Shown: piece after piece, positions 36,303-49,300 of the stretch
Position numbering within the stretch: position 1 is the first letter of the stretch
Layout of the letters: each line of letters opens with the position of its first letter
Origin: Selaginella moellendorffii
Lineage: Eukaryota > Plantae > Lycopodiophyta
Assembly: GCF_000143415.4 (NCBI RefSeq)
Contig: NW_003314346.1
Location: 377,270 to 441,269 of the forward strand
DNA: 64,000 nucleotides
Direction: 5' to 3'
Notes under the pieces: generated by a model
Told to the model about the DNA's origin: nothing
What the model saw: the letters and a program-made list of their open reading frames with translations, nothing else
The model's database searches: none
Made by a program: the position numbers and the translations under genes

Positions 36303-37822
36303 ATGGCGACTCCGGTATCTGCAACCGCAACTTTGCCTCGCCACATGACAATCAAGGGTGACAATGGGAGGTATTTGGCACTCAAATCGGATGGGCTCCT
36401 CACATTTGATGCTGACCAGAGGAGTTTCCTCACATGCCACGAGGTGATATACAATTTCGACGACTCCGAAGGCACCTTCTCTGTACGTGCTCCAAACGGC
36501 AGATTCTGGAGTCGTGATGCTAGTCACTGGATTCGAGCGAATGGTAGCACAGAGCCACCCGCTACGACCGACAAGAGGACCCGCTTCAAGCTCGTGAGGT
36601 TTGAATCAGGTCGGCTGGGATTCCTGTCTGCACTTGATGATCGATACCTCAAGCGCTACGACGCCGGCATCCGTGGGTACAACGCCGTGCAATCTCAGCC
36701 TGACCCTTTCACCCAAGTTGAGGTGAGCGATGGTTCCGAGCATGCAATTCACCTCCCGCGTTTCATCACCTTCAAGGGAGACAATGACCAGTTTCTGCTT
36801 GTACGCAAGGAATGGAACAACGAAAACTGGTGGCTCCAGTTCAGTGGTCAGGAAAACGATTTGTCCAGGGATGAGGCCATCAACAGGGTCTTTCAGATGG
36901 TGGATGGCAGTTTGGCATTCTACAACATTCACAGACAAGCTTATTGGCGCAACAGGGCTCTTGACAACAATTCGTGGGTATGGGCAGAATTCCAAGGAGC
37001 CGTGGAAGGAGATTCGAGATGCCATTTCTGGCCCATAAGGCTGAGCACCCAAATGTTGGCCCTCACGAGCAAATCCAACAACAGGATATGCAAGAGGCTG
37101 ACCAACTATTGGACTAACTGCTTGTCCGCTAGTGCAAATGGCACAAACGATGTAACAACGCGTCTTATCATCAGTGAAGCTACGCTCTCACGATCGATTT
37201 TCAACGTCAAGTACCTTCTCGAGTTGGCTAGCACCATGGATCAGAGGTTACTCATGGTTGGCGAGGGCTCGGTGATCAATAGGCGGGACGAGCCGGCAGA
37301 CATGACTGTCACTGTAACTGTGTTCCAGAATCTTTCCACGCAGAGTACATTCTCAAACTCGTACACCATCACCCAGAAGATTTCCACCGAGTTCACAGCC
37401 GGCATCCCCGGGATCGCTGCAAATCAGACTACTATCGAGATCGGCGCTGAGCAAAACTTTAGTAGGGAGTGGGGTGAAACAGCACAGGAAGGCGTGCAAT
37501 TCCAGACAGAGTACGTTGTCCGTAATGTCAAGCCTCAAATGACGGTACGTTTCGAGTTTCATTTGGCTCCTTATACTAATGGATTATCTTGATGTAGGCC
37601 AAAGCCACCGTGTTCGCGAGCACTGCACGGATGCGTGTCCCCTTCACTTATACGAGCAGGGAGAGGGGTGCCAACGGGATTGATCGACCCTCTGAAAACC
37701 ACATTGATGGGGTCTTTGATGGTGTGTCGGCATACAACATCCATGCAATTTTAAGTGACGGTGAATCAGAAAGAGATGTTCCTTTGAGTTTGGCCAATGG
37801 CTTTTATCGCAAGGAAGATTAA
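36303..37822 (+). CDS. Amaranthin/agglutinin-aerolysin chimeric lectin (Hfr-2/natterin-like pore-forming protein), 2 exons
   Basis: Two agglutinin-type starts LPRHMTIKGDNGRYL and LPRFITFKGDNDQFL, plus NNRICKRLT..CLSA. Aerolysin-like tail STFSNS..EFTAGIP..EWGET..VPFTYT..DGVFDGV. Intron at about 37545-37597. Confidence 0.88.
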
Positions 37823-38083
37823 GAGTGTCAAATATCGGTCTCCTGTGAGACTACATGAATGAATGAATAAAGTAAATAAAAGATCATAAAAATAAACTCA
37901 ATGTTACTTTATTAAATCACCAAAAACTTTTAGGACAGTAGGATCTGATCAGAGTTACCAAAAGTATCGAAAGAATCCGTAAGCTCCATGCGTGAGCACC
38001 TCTGGAGCTCGGTGCTAGGTAGAACATCAGTCACCATAGTTAACTGGTTGGTTTTAAGGAATCTTAAGACTTGATGATTTTTC

Positions 38084-38210
38084 GGAGAGCGACGACATAG
38101 ATTTTCTGTGGGAGCTTACATGAGGAGCAGCGTACCGCAAGTTCCTTCAAGGTACATCTTTTGGTGTTTGATCTGGCTACACAGTGCGGCTGTGGTGCAC
38201 CGGAAGGCAG
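38084..38210 (+). pseudogene. Fourth F-box-family fragment (C-terminal exon)
   Basis: GAGAGCGACGACATAGATTTTCTGTGGGA..ATGAGGAGCAGCG is nearly identical to exon 2 of 29487-30969. Confidence 0.8.
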
Positions 38211-38283
38211 TGACATAAATTGTAAGTTCACTTTGATTTTGATCAAAACACGGAAGTCAACTTAAGAGGAAATGCTATCTCAG

Positions 38284-39119
38284 TCAGTATTCAAGATCCT
38301 TGGGAACATCACAGCTCAAAGTTTCCTTGATCTCCTCCTTGCTTACTCGGACGCGTTCGAGCGCCCCCACGGGCTTGTTGACGTTTGCCATTGCTTGTGC
38401 GATCTTCTCACCGCTTGGAAGAAAATCTGGGTTTGAGAAGTAGTAGACTGTGCTGGGATCAAGGTTTGCACACAGATCTCTCATGTAGAGCACCCGCTTC
38501 ATGACCTCGCCACGGCCTGGGCTTCCCTGAGGCTGGCTGAGAAGATAGTACAGAGCCAGGAACCAACCTTGGACATGATTGATCTGTGAAAAGATTGAAA
38601 GCTGTAAGAACTTTTAGGATCACAAAACCTTGATCTTATACCTGAGTGGAAAGCTCGCTGGAATTGTCCTCCAAGAACTTCTTGTATGTCATGATGCTGC
38701 CATACAAAGAGATGAAAGATGGGAGATGTCACCATATCAGTGGAGAACGCGTTCCTGACTTCCTCAGAAGCTTGGACGTCGAAGTAGTTCTGCACATCAG
38801 TTCTCTCGCGAGCTTGGAAGTGGTACCAAAAGTATCGAAAGAATAAGTAAGCTCCATACGTGCGTACGTACCGCCTCTGGAGCTCGGTGCCGCTCCTAAG
38901 AGTAAGTCAATCGAATTGGATGATTCTCACCTCAGGTAGTGAAGGGAGTCGTGAGTTACCAAGTTTTCCAAGAAATCCTTAAGCTCCGAAGCAGCCAATC
39001 CGCAGTGGGATGACAGACATTGCTTGATCTTCTACGTTGTCTCTATAGCTCACGAGAAGCGCTCCCAGGAATGCTACAGCCAGGCCAGGGACGGCCAACA
39101 ACACCCATGCCTGATCCAT
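38284..39119 (-). pseudogene. Unknown gene X with N-terminal TM segment, frameshifted
   Basis: MDQAWVLLAVPGLAVAFLGALLVSY.., candidate GT-AG introns, YGAYLFFRYFWYHF..VRNAFSTD..FQRAFHSG..VLYMRDLCANLDP..DVPKDLEY*. Frameshifts are needed to join the pieces. Confidence 0.55.
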
Positions 39120-39209
39120 CCAATGGATTAGGGTTTCTATAATCCTATCAAGACGAATGTGTTAAAAGGAGGTTTAGGGCTTCCTGGAGTGAGCGAGCGA
39201 TCGGCCCTG

Positions 39210-42200
39210 ATGCTTCTCTCCTGCGACCTGGTAGCGTCGCCCCGCCAGGTACAATTGGCATTGGATTGGAGACTCGCAGCTCCATGTCGTGGCTGGAGAA
39301 GGAAGAGCATCACTAGCGTCAGTAGTAGCAGTAGACGAAGGAGGGGCCGCCTTGGAGCCCTTCTAGTGGGTCAGCTAGCGCTCATCCATCGCCGTCGTCT
39401 CAATCCTCGCCAGCATTCATCGCTCGATTGCTCCAGCAACGGCAACCAATCCGCGCTGCTACGCAGCGACCAAGACAATGGCGGCGCTGTTGGAGGCGAT
39501 GGAGGCGATGGCTTGTCCGCGGCTTTTGGCGGAGATGGCGACGATGGTGGCCGGGATGGCGACGATGGCGGAGGTGGACGAGGACAGCAGCAGCAGCAGC
39601 AGGGAGTGGTGGACAAGGACGTGCATCTTGCGTACCTCAAAGAGGTGGCGAGAATCGCTCATTCGGAGCTGGAGCGCGCGAGGTTGCACAGCAGGGAGCT
39701 CGAAGGCGAAGCACAGAGATTTGCCGAGCGAGCCATTGCGCTGGGCGATGAGGCTACCAACATCTCCACTGCTGCTGCCAATGCCAGAACCGCCATCGAC
39801 AAACTCCACGCTCAAGAGGCCGCGGCCAGAGAAGCCGTGGAGAAAGAAAGCGTGGTGCTATCGGCTGCCAAGAGGAACATCAAGATGGTGGAGCAAGAGC
39901 TGGATGCAGCGAGAACGAGAGCCGAGGAAACGGCTGAGGGTCCGTCCGAGCAAGTGAAGGAACAGCAAGCTCTTCTGGAGTCTGCGTGGTTGGAGCTCCA
40001 AAAGTCCGAGGAAGCGTTTCGAAACTGCCAGCTCGAGGTGTCTCGAATGGAGAACGCTTATCCGGAGCTTCAGACCGAGCTTGATCGCCTGGAGACACTT
40101 GCCGACGCAGCCAAAGCCGTGGCACTCGCTGCCGAGGACGATGTTGCCAAAGCGATGTCGCTGGCGGAGCAAGCCGTGGCGGTGGAACTCGAGGCAGCAC
40201 AGCGTCTCAACGATGCAGAGATTGCTCTACAAAAGGCTGAAACACCTCCTGCCGCCACGGTTACTACCACGGCCACTACCACGACCTCGACCACCACCAT
40301 CACCACCACTGCCACCGTCGAGAAAAATGCCTTGGTTGCTGCTCAGATGGTAGAGTCCACCACCGAAGCAGTAGAGGAGCTCGTTCAAGTGGAGATCAAG
40401 GACAAAGAGCCGATTATTCCCGTTAAATCCAAGACGAATATGGAGAAATCCGAGGCAGAACTACCAGAGGTTCCAGTCGGGCTTTTCTCACAGAAATCAG
40501 ACACGAAAGCAGCCGAGGTCGGGAATCTCAAGTCCTTTACCAAGAAATCTTCTCGGTTTTTTCCAGCGTCCTTCTTTTCGTTCGACGAAGCGGAAGAGTT
40601 CTCGCCGTCTTCACTCTTCTCAGGGTTATTGCTATCGGTCAGACAAAATATTCTTAAAGTTGCCATTGGTGGAGTACTTCTCCTTGGTGGGTACGTAGTT
40701 TGATTATCATCCAATTGTTTTCTAGCTTTTTAACACGTTTTTCTTTGTCAGAGCGGTTTTTGTCGCTGGCAGAGCAGAAAAAGCTAGCCAGCTTATTCAT
40801 TCCTCTGAGGCTTATGTCGCCACAAGTGCTAAACCTCTCTTGCAAAAACTAGACAAGTTACCCTCCAGGATCAAGGTCGTGATTGACAAATTGTCAAAGC
40901 AAGAGGTATGGGTCGAAGTGCATGCATGGTCTTTAATGTTTGTATTGCATGATGTGCAGGTCAATGAAGAGGAGGCCTCTCTCTTTGATGTTTTGTGGCT
41001 GCTCTTGGCCAGCGTGGTCTTTGTTCCCGTTTTTCAAAAGATTCCTGGAGGTAGAACATGCGTTTTACAATGACAAGAAAATCAACTGCTCCTGACTCTC
41101 TCGGATGTGTTCTTACTGTTAAGTCTTACAGGAAGTCCTGTCCTCGGGTATTTGGCCGCTGGGGTGCTAATTGGTCCGCACTCGCTCCATATAATCCGAA
41201 ACGTACACGGAACCAAAGCTATTGCTGAATTTGGCGTCGTCTTTCTACTTTTTAACATTGGCCTCGAGGTATTGCTGCTTTTTCTTCGTCAATACCACTT
41301 AACGTGTACTTTCTGGTCGTTGTTTTATAGCTTTCAGTGGAAAGACTAAGCTCGATGAGAAAATATGTCTTTGGCTTTGGATCGAGTCAGGTACGTCATT
41401 CCCCACTTGTCTTTTCTTATTCTAACTTTTTACTACAGGTCTTGGCTACGGCACTAGCGTCTGGCTTGTTTGCGTACTACGTCTCAGGACTTACACTTCC
41501 TGCTGCTATTGTAATCGGCAATGGATTGGCGCTCTCGTCCACTGCCGTCGTCCTGCAGGTACGTGAAGGATATTTCTTCTAAGCGATAGAGTAATCTTTG
41601 TCTTTTTCAGGTGCTCCAAGAGCGTGGTGAAAGCACATCTCGTCATGGCCGTTCGGCATTTTCAGTTTTACTCTTTCAGGTGAGGTCAAAGTTTTCTTCT
41701 ATTCGATTAACTTAACTTCCAATCGGTTTCAGGATCTGGCAGTCGTAGTTCTTCTCATTCTGATACCTCTCCTGTCACCAAATTCGTCAAGAGGCGGGGT
41801 AAGTCGTGAATCCGACTTCGTGCCTGTCTTATGTTGATGCGATCTAGGCTGGACTCAACGCGATTGCCGAAGCACTTGGAATAGCGGCTGTGAAAGGAGT
41901 GATTGCCATCAGTGGGATAATTGCGGGTGGTAGACTGGTTAGTACTTTTGCTAAAATACGTAAAATCGAGGGACGAACTTAATCTGTGCTAATTGCAGCT
42001 TCTTCGTCCTATATACCGGAGTATGGCTGAAAATCACAATGCCGAAATATTTGCGGCAAACACGCTGCTCGTTGTTCTTGGAACTAGCGTTCTCACTGCC
42101 AGGGTACCTGAAAACTTTCGTTTTGGTTAGCTGAGTAATTTGCTTTGTGCAGGCCGGGCTTTCTATGGCCCTTGGCGCGTTTCTTGCTGGACTCCTTTTG

Positions 42201-43771
42201 TCAGAAACCGAGTTCGCTCTACAAGTTGAATCCGATATTGCACCATATCGGGGTCTTCTTCTGGGACTTTTCTTTATGACAGTAAGTGGTTTCCTCTAAG
42301 AACAATATCTTCCGAGCTCATTATCTGGCGTAACACCTGCAGGTTGGGATGTCTATAGATCCGCAGCTGTTTTTAGCCAAGTCCAACATCATCCTGGGGT
42401 CATTGGCTTTGCTGATTGTTGGCAAAGCCATGTTGATAGCTTGTCTGGGTCGTCAGTTTGGTCTTTCTAGTGTAGCAGCACTTCGTACTGGTCTTTTACT
42501 TGCTCCTGGCGGGGAGTTTGCCTTTGTTGCCTTCGGCGAAGCAGTGAACCAGGTACGCAGCTTCAAGCAATCAGCTTTAACTTGGCTTTGCAAATGTCGT
42601 GCAGGGAATCATGAGCCAACAGCTATCTTCCCTCATGTTCCTGATTGTTGGCTTGTCCATGGCATTAACTCCTTGGCTTGCTGCGGCCGGACAAATAATC
42701 TCAACAAAGTTCGACCAGCAGGACGTCCGAAGCCTGCTACCTGCAGAGAACGAGGTATTTCTCATGTTTAACTCGAAAGAGCCCAATACACGTACGTCCG
42801 CATGCAGACGGATGATCTAGAAGGCCACATGATAGTTTGTGGATTTGGTCGAGTCGGCCAGGTGCGTTTCGCTGTGAACCTTCACAGAATCACTAGAACG
42901 TTTGTCGCATTGTGCAGATCATCTCGCAAATGCTGTCGGAGCGACTGATTCCCTTCGTTGCGCTTGATGTCCGAAGGTTGGTGCTTGGTTTCTAAGAGCC
43001 GGTTTTTAAATCGTCGTGTGCAGTGAGCGTGTAAGCATGGGCCGAGCTCTCGATCTCCCTGTTTACTTTGGAGACGCCGGAAGTAAAGAGGTTTGTTTTG
43101 TTTCCAGCACTCTGCTGTTTGTTCTTTCCACAAAGCGTTGCTTTTCAGGTGCTACACAAGCTCGGTGCCGACAGGGCAGCTGCTGCGGTGATCACTCTCG
43201 ACACCCCCGGAGCAAACTACAGGGCTGTGTGGGCTCTGAGCAAATATTTTCCCAAAGTCAAGACTTATGTGCGTGCTCATGACGTCGATCACGGCATCAA
43301 CCTGGAGAAAGCAGGAGCAACCGCTGTAAGTCGCTTTGGCCCTTCTACGCAAAAAGTCACCTTGGGTTTTGGTTGGCATTACAGGTGGTTCCCGAGACGT
43401 TGGAACCGAGCTTGCAGTTGGCGGCAGCAGTACTTGCCGAGGTAATCAGCCTACACTTGATGTTGTCTCATGTTTTTTTTGCATTGTTGTATATATCTAG
43501 GCAAAACTTCCCGCATCTGAAATAGCCTCCACTATAAACGAGTTTCGATCAAGACATCTTGCAGAGCTGACAGAGGTACCATTTCCAGTGCGTATTCTTT
43601 TTCACTTCTTGTCTTTCTGTGCGCGTGCAGCTTACCAAGAAAAGTGGTACATCTCTTGGCTATGGCTTCTCCCAAAACGTTGGAGCGAAACCAAAGCAAA
43701 GCAGTGCAGGCAAGAGTGAAGACGATGGCTCCCCAGACCGTAGGTTCGAAGGTGTCATCGCAGTTCCTTGA
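39210..43771 (+). CDS. KEA2: Chloroplast K+/H+ antiporter KEA1/KEA2-like (CPA2), multi-exon
   Basis: Long N-terminal coiled coil, [65 protein letters not shown], and KTN domain [15 protein letters not shown]. Confidence 0.96.
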
Positions 43772-44308
43772 GTTGGTTGTTAATATGTAATTGATGGAAA
43801 GCGATGGCCTAAGATATTTCTCTCGAGCTTTAGAAAGCGTTTGTTCGCGGGGACAAATCACTCGTCACTGGGACCGTGTTGGAGAAAATTCGCAGTTTAA
43901 ACCCAGAGCGAATTCAAGGCGCGATCAAACACCATGACTTCATAGCGCGTAGGCGAAGATGGCGATGGCGGTGCAAAAGCGACAACAAGCAGTCGACAAA
44001 GACGTGCAACTCACTTTCCTTCCCTTTTTATGTTCATCCCAGATGAACGACATTTTTATCTTCCCTTTGGTGGAGCGTCAATTAGAGGAGAGATCATCAC
44101 ATCTTGGACCTTGTCAAAGCTCGCCTCATGGTGATCAAAGTCGGGCGAAGCCGTGTCCAACTTGGCTCGAGATCGTGGATCGAGACACGAGCAGTCGCTG
44201 GTCGCTGTTGAATTGGACATTTATAATCGAAGTGAAACATGTCAGAGAAAGAACCCTCCTGGAAAGAAGAAGTATACTCTTGACAAGTAGGCCATCCATC
44301 GTGATCCA

Positions 44309-45403
44309 TCAGTCTGTAAACCTGGAAAGCTTGGGCCATGGAATCGACACCGACGTTTGTCTCTGGTAACTCCTGTAAGCTGCCGCTCTCGACTCTTTCG
44401 CCAGCATTCTCCTCTCAACCATGACCGTGACGCAGGCGAGGCAAGCACTGTTGATCACGGCCCCCAGCATCGTCCAAGAGAAGCCCAGCCTCGAGCCAAA
44501 CATCGCCAGCCCCCACCACCATAGCTGCTCGCCGAAGTAGTTTGGATGCCGGGAGTAGCGCCACAGACCCTCGTCCAGAACCGCGACTGGCTGCGCCCCG
44601 CGCTCTCTCCGGAGCTTGTTGCTGCTCACAAAGCTGTGGAGCTGGGTGTCGGCAATGCAGGCGATGGAAATCCCCGCAACGCAGAGCATGGCGATGGTGG
44701 TGTCGATAAGGTGGTGCCATGGAAGCTGGCTTTGGAAGACGGCATAGACGGGAAGGCAAATGCCCACCAGCAAAACCTTCGCAGAGAAAGGTGGCGTCAG
44801 AAAGAACAGCGCTAGAGGAGTTACAGTACCTGTTGCGAGACGTAGACTGCGAAGAAGGAAATCCACCACCAGTGACGGCCGAACCGCTCGCGCATCTCCG
44901 CAAACCTCCAATCCTCCCGGGCTCCCAGCTTCCAATCCTCCCGCCGGAAGTACGAGTGCGTGATCCTGGCGCTCCACACCCAGACGAGCGCGGTGACTAC
45001 TCGCGATCTCACCGGGTCGGACTTGGCGGAGGGATGCGCCGCCAGGAAATGCGTGATCAAGACCGGCAGGAAAGCCCAGTATGGGTCGATGAGCTAGATC
45101 CAAACAAGACAAGGAGAATGAGAGTGGATCGAAAGGATGAACGGTGGCTAACTTTACCCAAGTGCTCCCTTGGACGAGGCTAATGATCCAAAACACCACA
45201 TTGACATTGACAAAGAAGAAAGCATTGAGAAGTAGCAAAGGATGGGCTGCCGCGCTCCACACGGACAGTGACTTCCTTGCCACTGGTGGCGGTGGCGATG
45301 GCGATGGCGATGGCAGCGGCGGTGGGCATCCATAGAGAATCCAAGCGTACGCGACGATGGTGGGAAGTAGGACGAGTGACGCCACGCCCGAATTTCCCCC
45401 CAT
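44309..45403 (-). CDS. DUF1295 / steroid 5-alpha-reductase-like membrane protein, 3 exons
   Basis: REDWRF, ADTQL, GLWRYSRHPNYFGEQLWWWG motifs. Confidence 0.88.
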   Translation of the reverse strand: MGGNSGVASLVLLPTIVAYAWILYGCPPPLPSPSPSPPPPVARKSLSVWSAAAHPLLLLNAFFFVNVNVVFWIISLVQGSTWVKLATVHPFDPLSFSLSCLDLAHRPILGFPAGLDHAFPGGASLRQVRPGEIASSHRARLGVERQDHALVLPAGGLEAGSPGGLEVCGDARAVRPSLVVDFLLRSLRLATGTVTPLALFFLTPPFSAKVLLVGICLPVYAVFQSQLPWHHLIDTTIAMLCVAGISIACIADTQLHSFVSSNKLRRERGAQPVAVLDEGLWRYSRHPNYFGEQLWWWGLAMFGSRLGFSWTMLGAVINSACLACVTVMVERRMLAKESRAAAYRSYQRQTSVSIPWPKLSRFTD

Positions 45404-45599
45404 AGCTAGGGTAAAAGGCTCCACTTTAAAAACCATGGACATGTTCTTGCCATTATCCCAGCGCCAGTACAGTTTAAAAAACGTTTCAACCAGCGAGTTT
45501 GAGGCCATCCCTTCCTTTCTCCTCAATTCTCTTTCTCCCCGTGAGCTTTGACTTCTCGCGAGTATCAAAGAGCGAGTGGAATCACTGCAAGTTTGCTCA

Positions 45600-46184
45600 A
45601 TGGCATCTTCTTCTTCCTCTTCCTCTTCCTCTTCCTCTTGGAGTAGTGCAGGAGCCATGGCAGCAGCAGTAGCGATCCTGGCACTGGCAATGAGCTTCCT
45701 GGCACTAGATCTTCCTCGAGTGACCGCTGCCTCGAGCAAGGTCCCGCGGCGCCTCCAGTTCTTCATGCAAGACCGGCAGCTCATCGCCAACAACACTGGC
45801 GTGGAGGTGGCGGCGGAGGGCGGCAATCTCACGCGCTACGACTTTGGGACCGTCTTCGTCATCGACGATCCCATCACCGAGACCACTTCCAACACTTCCA
45901 AGGTTGTGGGAAGAGGGCAGGGGATGTACTTGGTGGAGTCGCGATCGAATTTCCACTTGCTCGTCTCCTTCTCGGCGTATCTGGAGAACCCACAATACAA
46001 TGGGACGATCGTCTTCCACGGCTCGTACAAGGCGCTCGAGCCCACCAGGGAGCTCCCAATCATCGCCGGCACTGGGGATTTCCGGGGGATCACGGGCTAT
46101 GCGGCCGTCACCACGCCCGTGAATCTGGGATTGTACGTCGTGCTTAGCTTCGATTGCTTCATCTCCTTCCTCCGCTACGAATGA
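45600..46184 (+). CDS. Dirigent protein
   Basis: Signal peptide, LQFFMQD, FGTVFVIDDPIT, VGRGQGMY, RELPIIAGTGDFRGITGYA. Confidence 0.93.
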   Translation: MASSSSSSSSSSSWSSAGAMAAAVAILALAMSFLALDLPRVTAASSKVPRRLQFFMQDRQLIANNTGVEVAAEGGNLTRYDFGTVFVIDDPITETTSNTSKVVGRGQGMYLVESRSNFHLLVSFSAYLENPQYNGTIVFHGSYKALEPTRELPIIAGTGDFRGITGYAAVTTPVNLGLYVVLSFDCFISFLRYE

Positions 46185-46329
46185 CGGGATCCTCTTTGGA
46201 TCATCATCCTCAAATATTCTATAAACTTGTTTGGATTGGAGAGATTGGAATATGCTTCGTCTCCAAGTAGTTTCGCGTGTTTGTGTGTGTACACTTTTTG
46301 GAATTTAGGGTCTTACGCTCTTGCGCGCG

Positions 46330-49300
46330 ATGGACAGCTCCAGCGGGATGATCCCGTGGAGGCCGCCGGGGCCGGATTACGAGCCCAGCCCCAAGGTGCG
46401 GCGTGAGGAGATGGTTGTGAAGCGCTTCGCCGAGGAGAAGAAGCGCCAGGTATGAGTGATCGCCGGTGTCCAGGCCATTGCCTGAGAGAAATGTGGTACT
46501 CCAGGAGAAAGCGCGGGATGCGTATCATAGGATGAAGCTCGCGACTGCCCTTGAGATGAGAGAGCGGCAGCACAAGATCATTTATGATGTGAGAAGATCT
46601 TCTTTGCACGCTTCTCCAGCTCGACTTCTCCTGTGATTTCATTCCAGGAGTTCCAAAAGAAGCTGGAAAAGAGCCGGTTACAAAAGACATATAACTTCGC
46701 TGTCTATGCTCACTTAAAGGCAGGTCGTTCGAGTTTCTTTTGTCGCTCACGAGTTTATGCTTGTTGTATCTAGGATGCCTGGAAAAATGCGGAGCAGCTC
46801 GATCTGGCATCCTTCATTGTGGTGGATCAAAGGGTCTGTAAGTTCTCTCCAAATCAACTTACAGAACGAAAGATTTTACAAAGGTTTTATTAAGTTCTGC
46901 TCTGGAGTTGATGATTTCTGAGCATCCCCGGTCTTTTGGCAATTTCAGGATATAACAAAGCGAATGTATGGCAAAGAAGGTGTAAGCGAAAGCACGAGAG
47001 ATGACATACAAGCCTTTGAAAGTAAGGGATACGAACTTGGAGCGGAGCCCAAGGTGGAAGCTGTTGATCCAAAAGCCAAAAAGCCGCCTCCGTCAAAAGG
47101 GAAAAAGGAGGGACCTCCTGCCGTTTTTGATCCTGCTGTTATTGCCCAGGTAAGCTTTACCTACATGTCTGCTCCCATTTTATTGTTTTTAAACAGCAAG
47201 GGAAAGCTTACCTTGAAGATGTCAAAGCTCGGAAGGGTAGGGAGGATGCTGGCAGATTTCAGCATCGTCAAGACATACGAAAGGTAGAAACGTCATGTTT
47301 TTGTGCTGATGCTCTTAATCATTCTGTTTCCTGTAGGAAGAACTGGAACAACTGGAGAGGCAAAAAGAGGCAGAAGAAGCTAGGAAGAAAGAGGAGGAAG
47401 AACAGACTGTCCAAAAGAGACTGGAAGAAGAACTTCGGCAAGCTGAAATTCTTCGAATGCAGGAAGCTGAGCTAGAGAGCATGCTTGCCTATCGAAGGAA
47501 CTTCGAGTTGCAAATAGCCGAGCAGAGGCAACGGGAATGGGATGCTGTTCTTGCTCGTGACAGGGAGTTGCTCATAATGATGCGGCAAGACTGCTTTGAT
47601 GAAGTCGAACACGAGCATCAACTTGTGGAGGTGCTTGAGTGACTACATTGGCTTTAAGCTTAATGTTTTTCTGATGCAGGCAGAAAAGAAAAGGAAAGCC
47701 GAAAACAGGAAAACGAGGCATAGGGAGATGTGCCGGGAAGTCATTCTTCAAGTAAGCGACTAGTAACAAGTAATGCTCTTGTTAACATGGTCGCTATGTT
47801 CTCAGATTACAAGTCTGGCTGAGAGCCGGGCTTGCTATCGGGAAAGCACTAATAGTGACCTTCCTATGCTGGAATGGCGCGAGTGGCAAACGCTGTTTGT
47901 GAAGGGGGCTATTATGCCGAGTCCATTATGCAGCGATATAATTTCTACCGAGTCACAAACGGAAGAGGAGAATCGCATCGCTGACGAGGTAAATAGCGAG
48001 AGGCCCGGATAACAATTCTTATACCATATGTGTTCACAGGCTGCTGCAATGGAATACTTCCAAGAACAAGGTGAATGGAATGGAGTTCAGCCGATTGGCA
48101 AGAACAAAGAGCTTGGGATTATCTTGCATATTATTCACACAATGGCGGATGTTCCACCAAAACCGCTGCCCATACCACACTCCTCTGAATGGACGCTGAA
48201 GCTGGCAACCGTTGGAATTCCATATTCAGGTTCATGTTTGGTAACAGTTCGTGTTTTATTCATCACTTATCACTTACCACAGGGAGGTCGACTATTGCGA
48301 CAAAAATCGCCACCGAATTTGGTATCAAAACAATTGAAATGGATAAAATTCTGGCTGCTGCCATAGCAGAAGCCGAAGCAGGTATATTTATATATCTATG
48401 TTGTTACTGTTAGTGTTAACGCTTTAGTTTGTAGAAGAAGCAAACCAACCAGTCAACGCGGAACCAGCTCCAGAGACACCAGCTCCGGATACTCCAGCGC
48501 CGGTTAACGAAGTTGAACCTTCGACAGTTCCAGCGGAAGGTGCCCCAAGCCTTGTTGAAACTGTAGAGGTGCAGCCAACACCACCCCCGCCACCAACTAA
48601 GGCGCAACTGGGAAAAGCTGCCAAACAGTGCAAGCAACAGGGACAACAGGTATGTTCTAAAGCTAAAGTTTGTTTTACACAACAGCTTGTTTTAATCAGG
48701 TACCAGACGAAGTGATGGTGACCTTGCTTGTCATGACCATAAGCAATCTTCACGCAACTGGTATTTACTACGTTGGAAGCTTGAAATAACAACAGCTCTA
48801 TTTCTCAGAGGATGAAAAAGCTCCACCCAAGAAACCTCCTCCCAAGGACAAGAAGGGCGGGAAAGGTGCCGAGCCTGAAATAAACGTCACAGGGTTCATT
48901 CTAGATGGATTTCCAAACACTGCTGGGCAAGCGGCGGCACTTGAAAAGGCTTTGACAGGACTTGACTTTGAGTTTACAGCTCGACACGAGGCGGAGGCAT
49001 CTGTATTGGCACCTCCGCCCCCTATTGTAAGTGCTGCGTTAAAATGGTCTCTGCTCTAACTGAAAAACTTCCAACAGATAAAGGTAGACAAGTTTGTTTC
49101 AGGCCTCGATGGTATCTTTCTAATGGAATGTCCAAACGAAGAAAGAGCTCTGAACAAAGCATTAGGAAAGCGTGTCGATAGCAAGACTGGCTTGTTCTAT
49201 CACCTTGATTACGATCCACCTCCGCCAACTGATAAGACGTACGTATTGAAAAGTAATTTCTTGACGCCAGTATAACTTTTGTCTACTACAGTGGTATTGC

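Noticed and set aside
43959-44369. Short ORFs between KEA and DUF1295
   Set aside because: No motifs, and they overlap probable 3' UTRs.
44309-45832. Single 507-aa ORF as one protein
   Set aside because: The N-terminal part is antisense to the dirigent gene, and the middle runs through two introns and an off-frame exon. The real gene likely starts at 45403.
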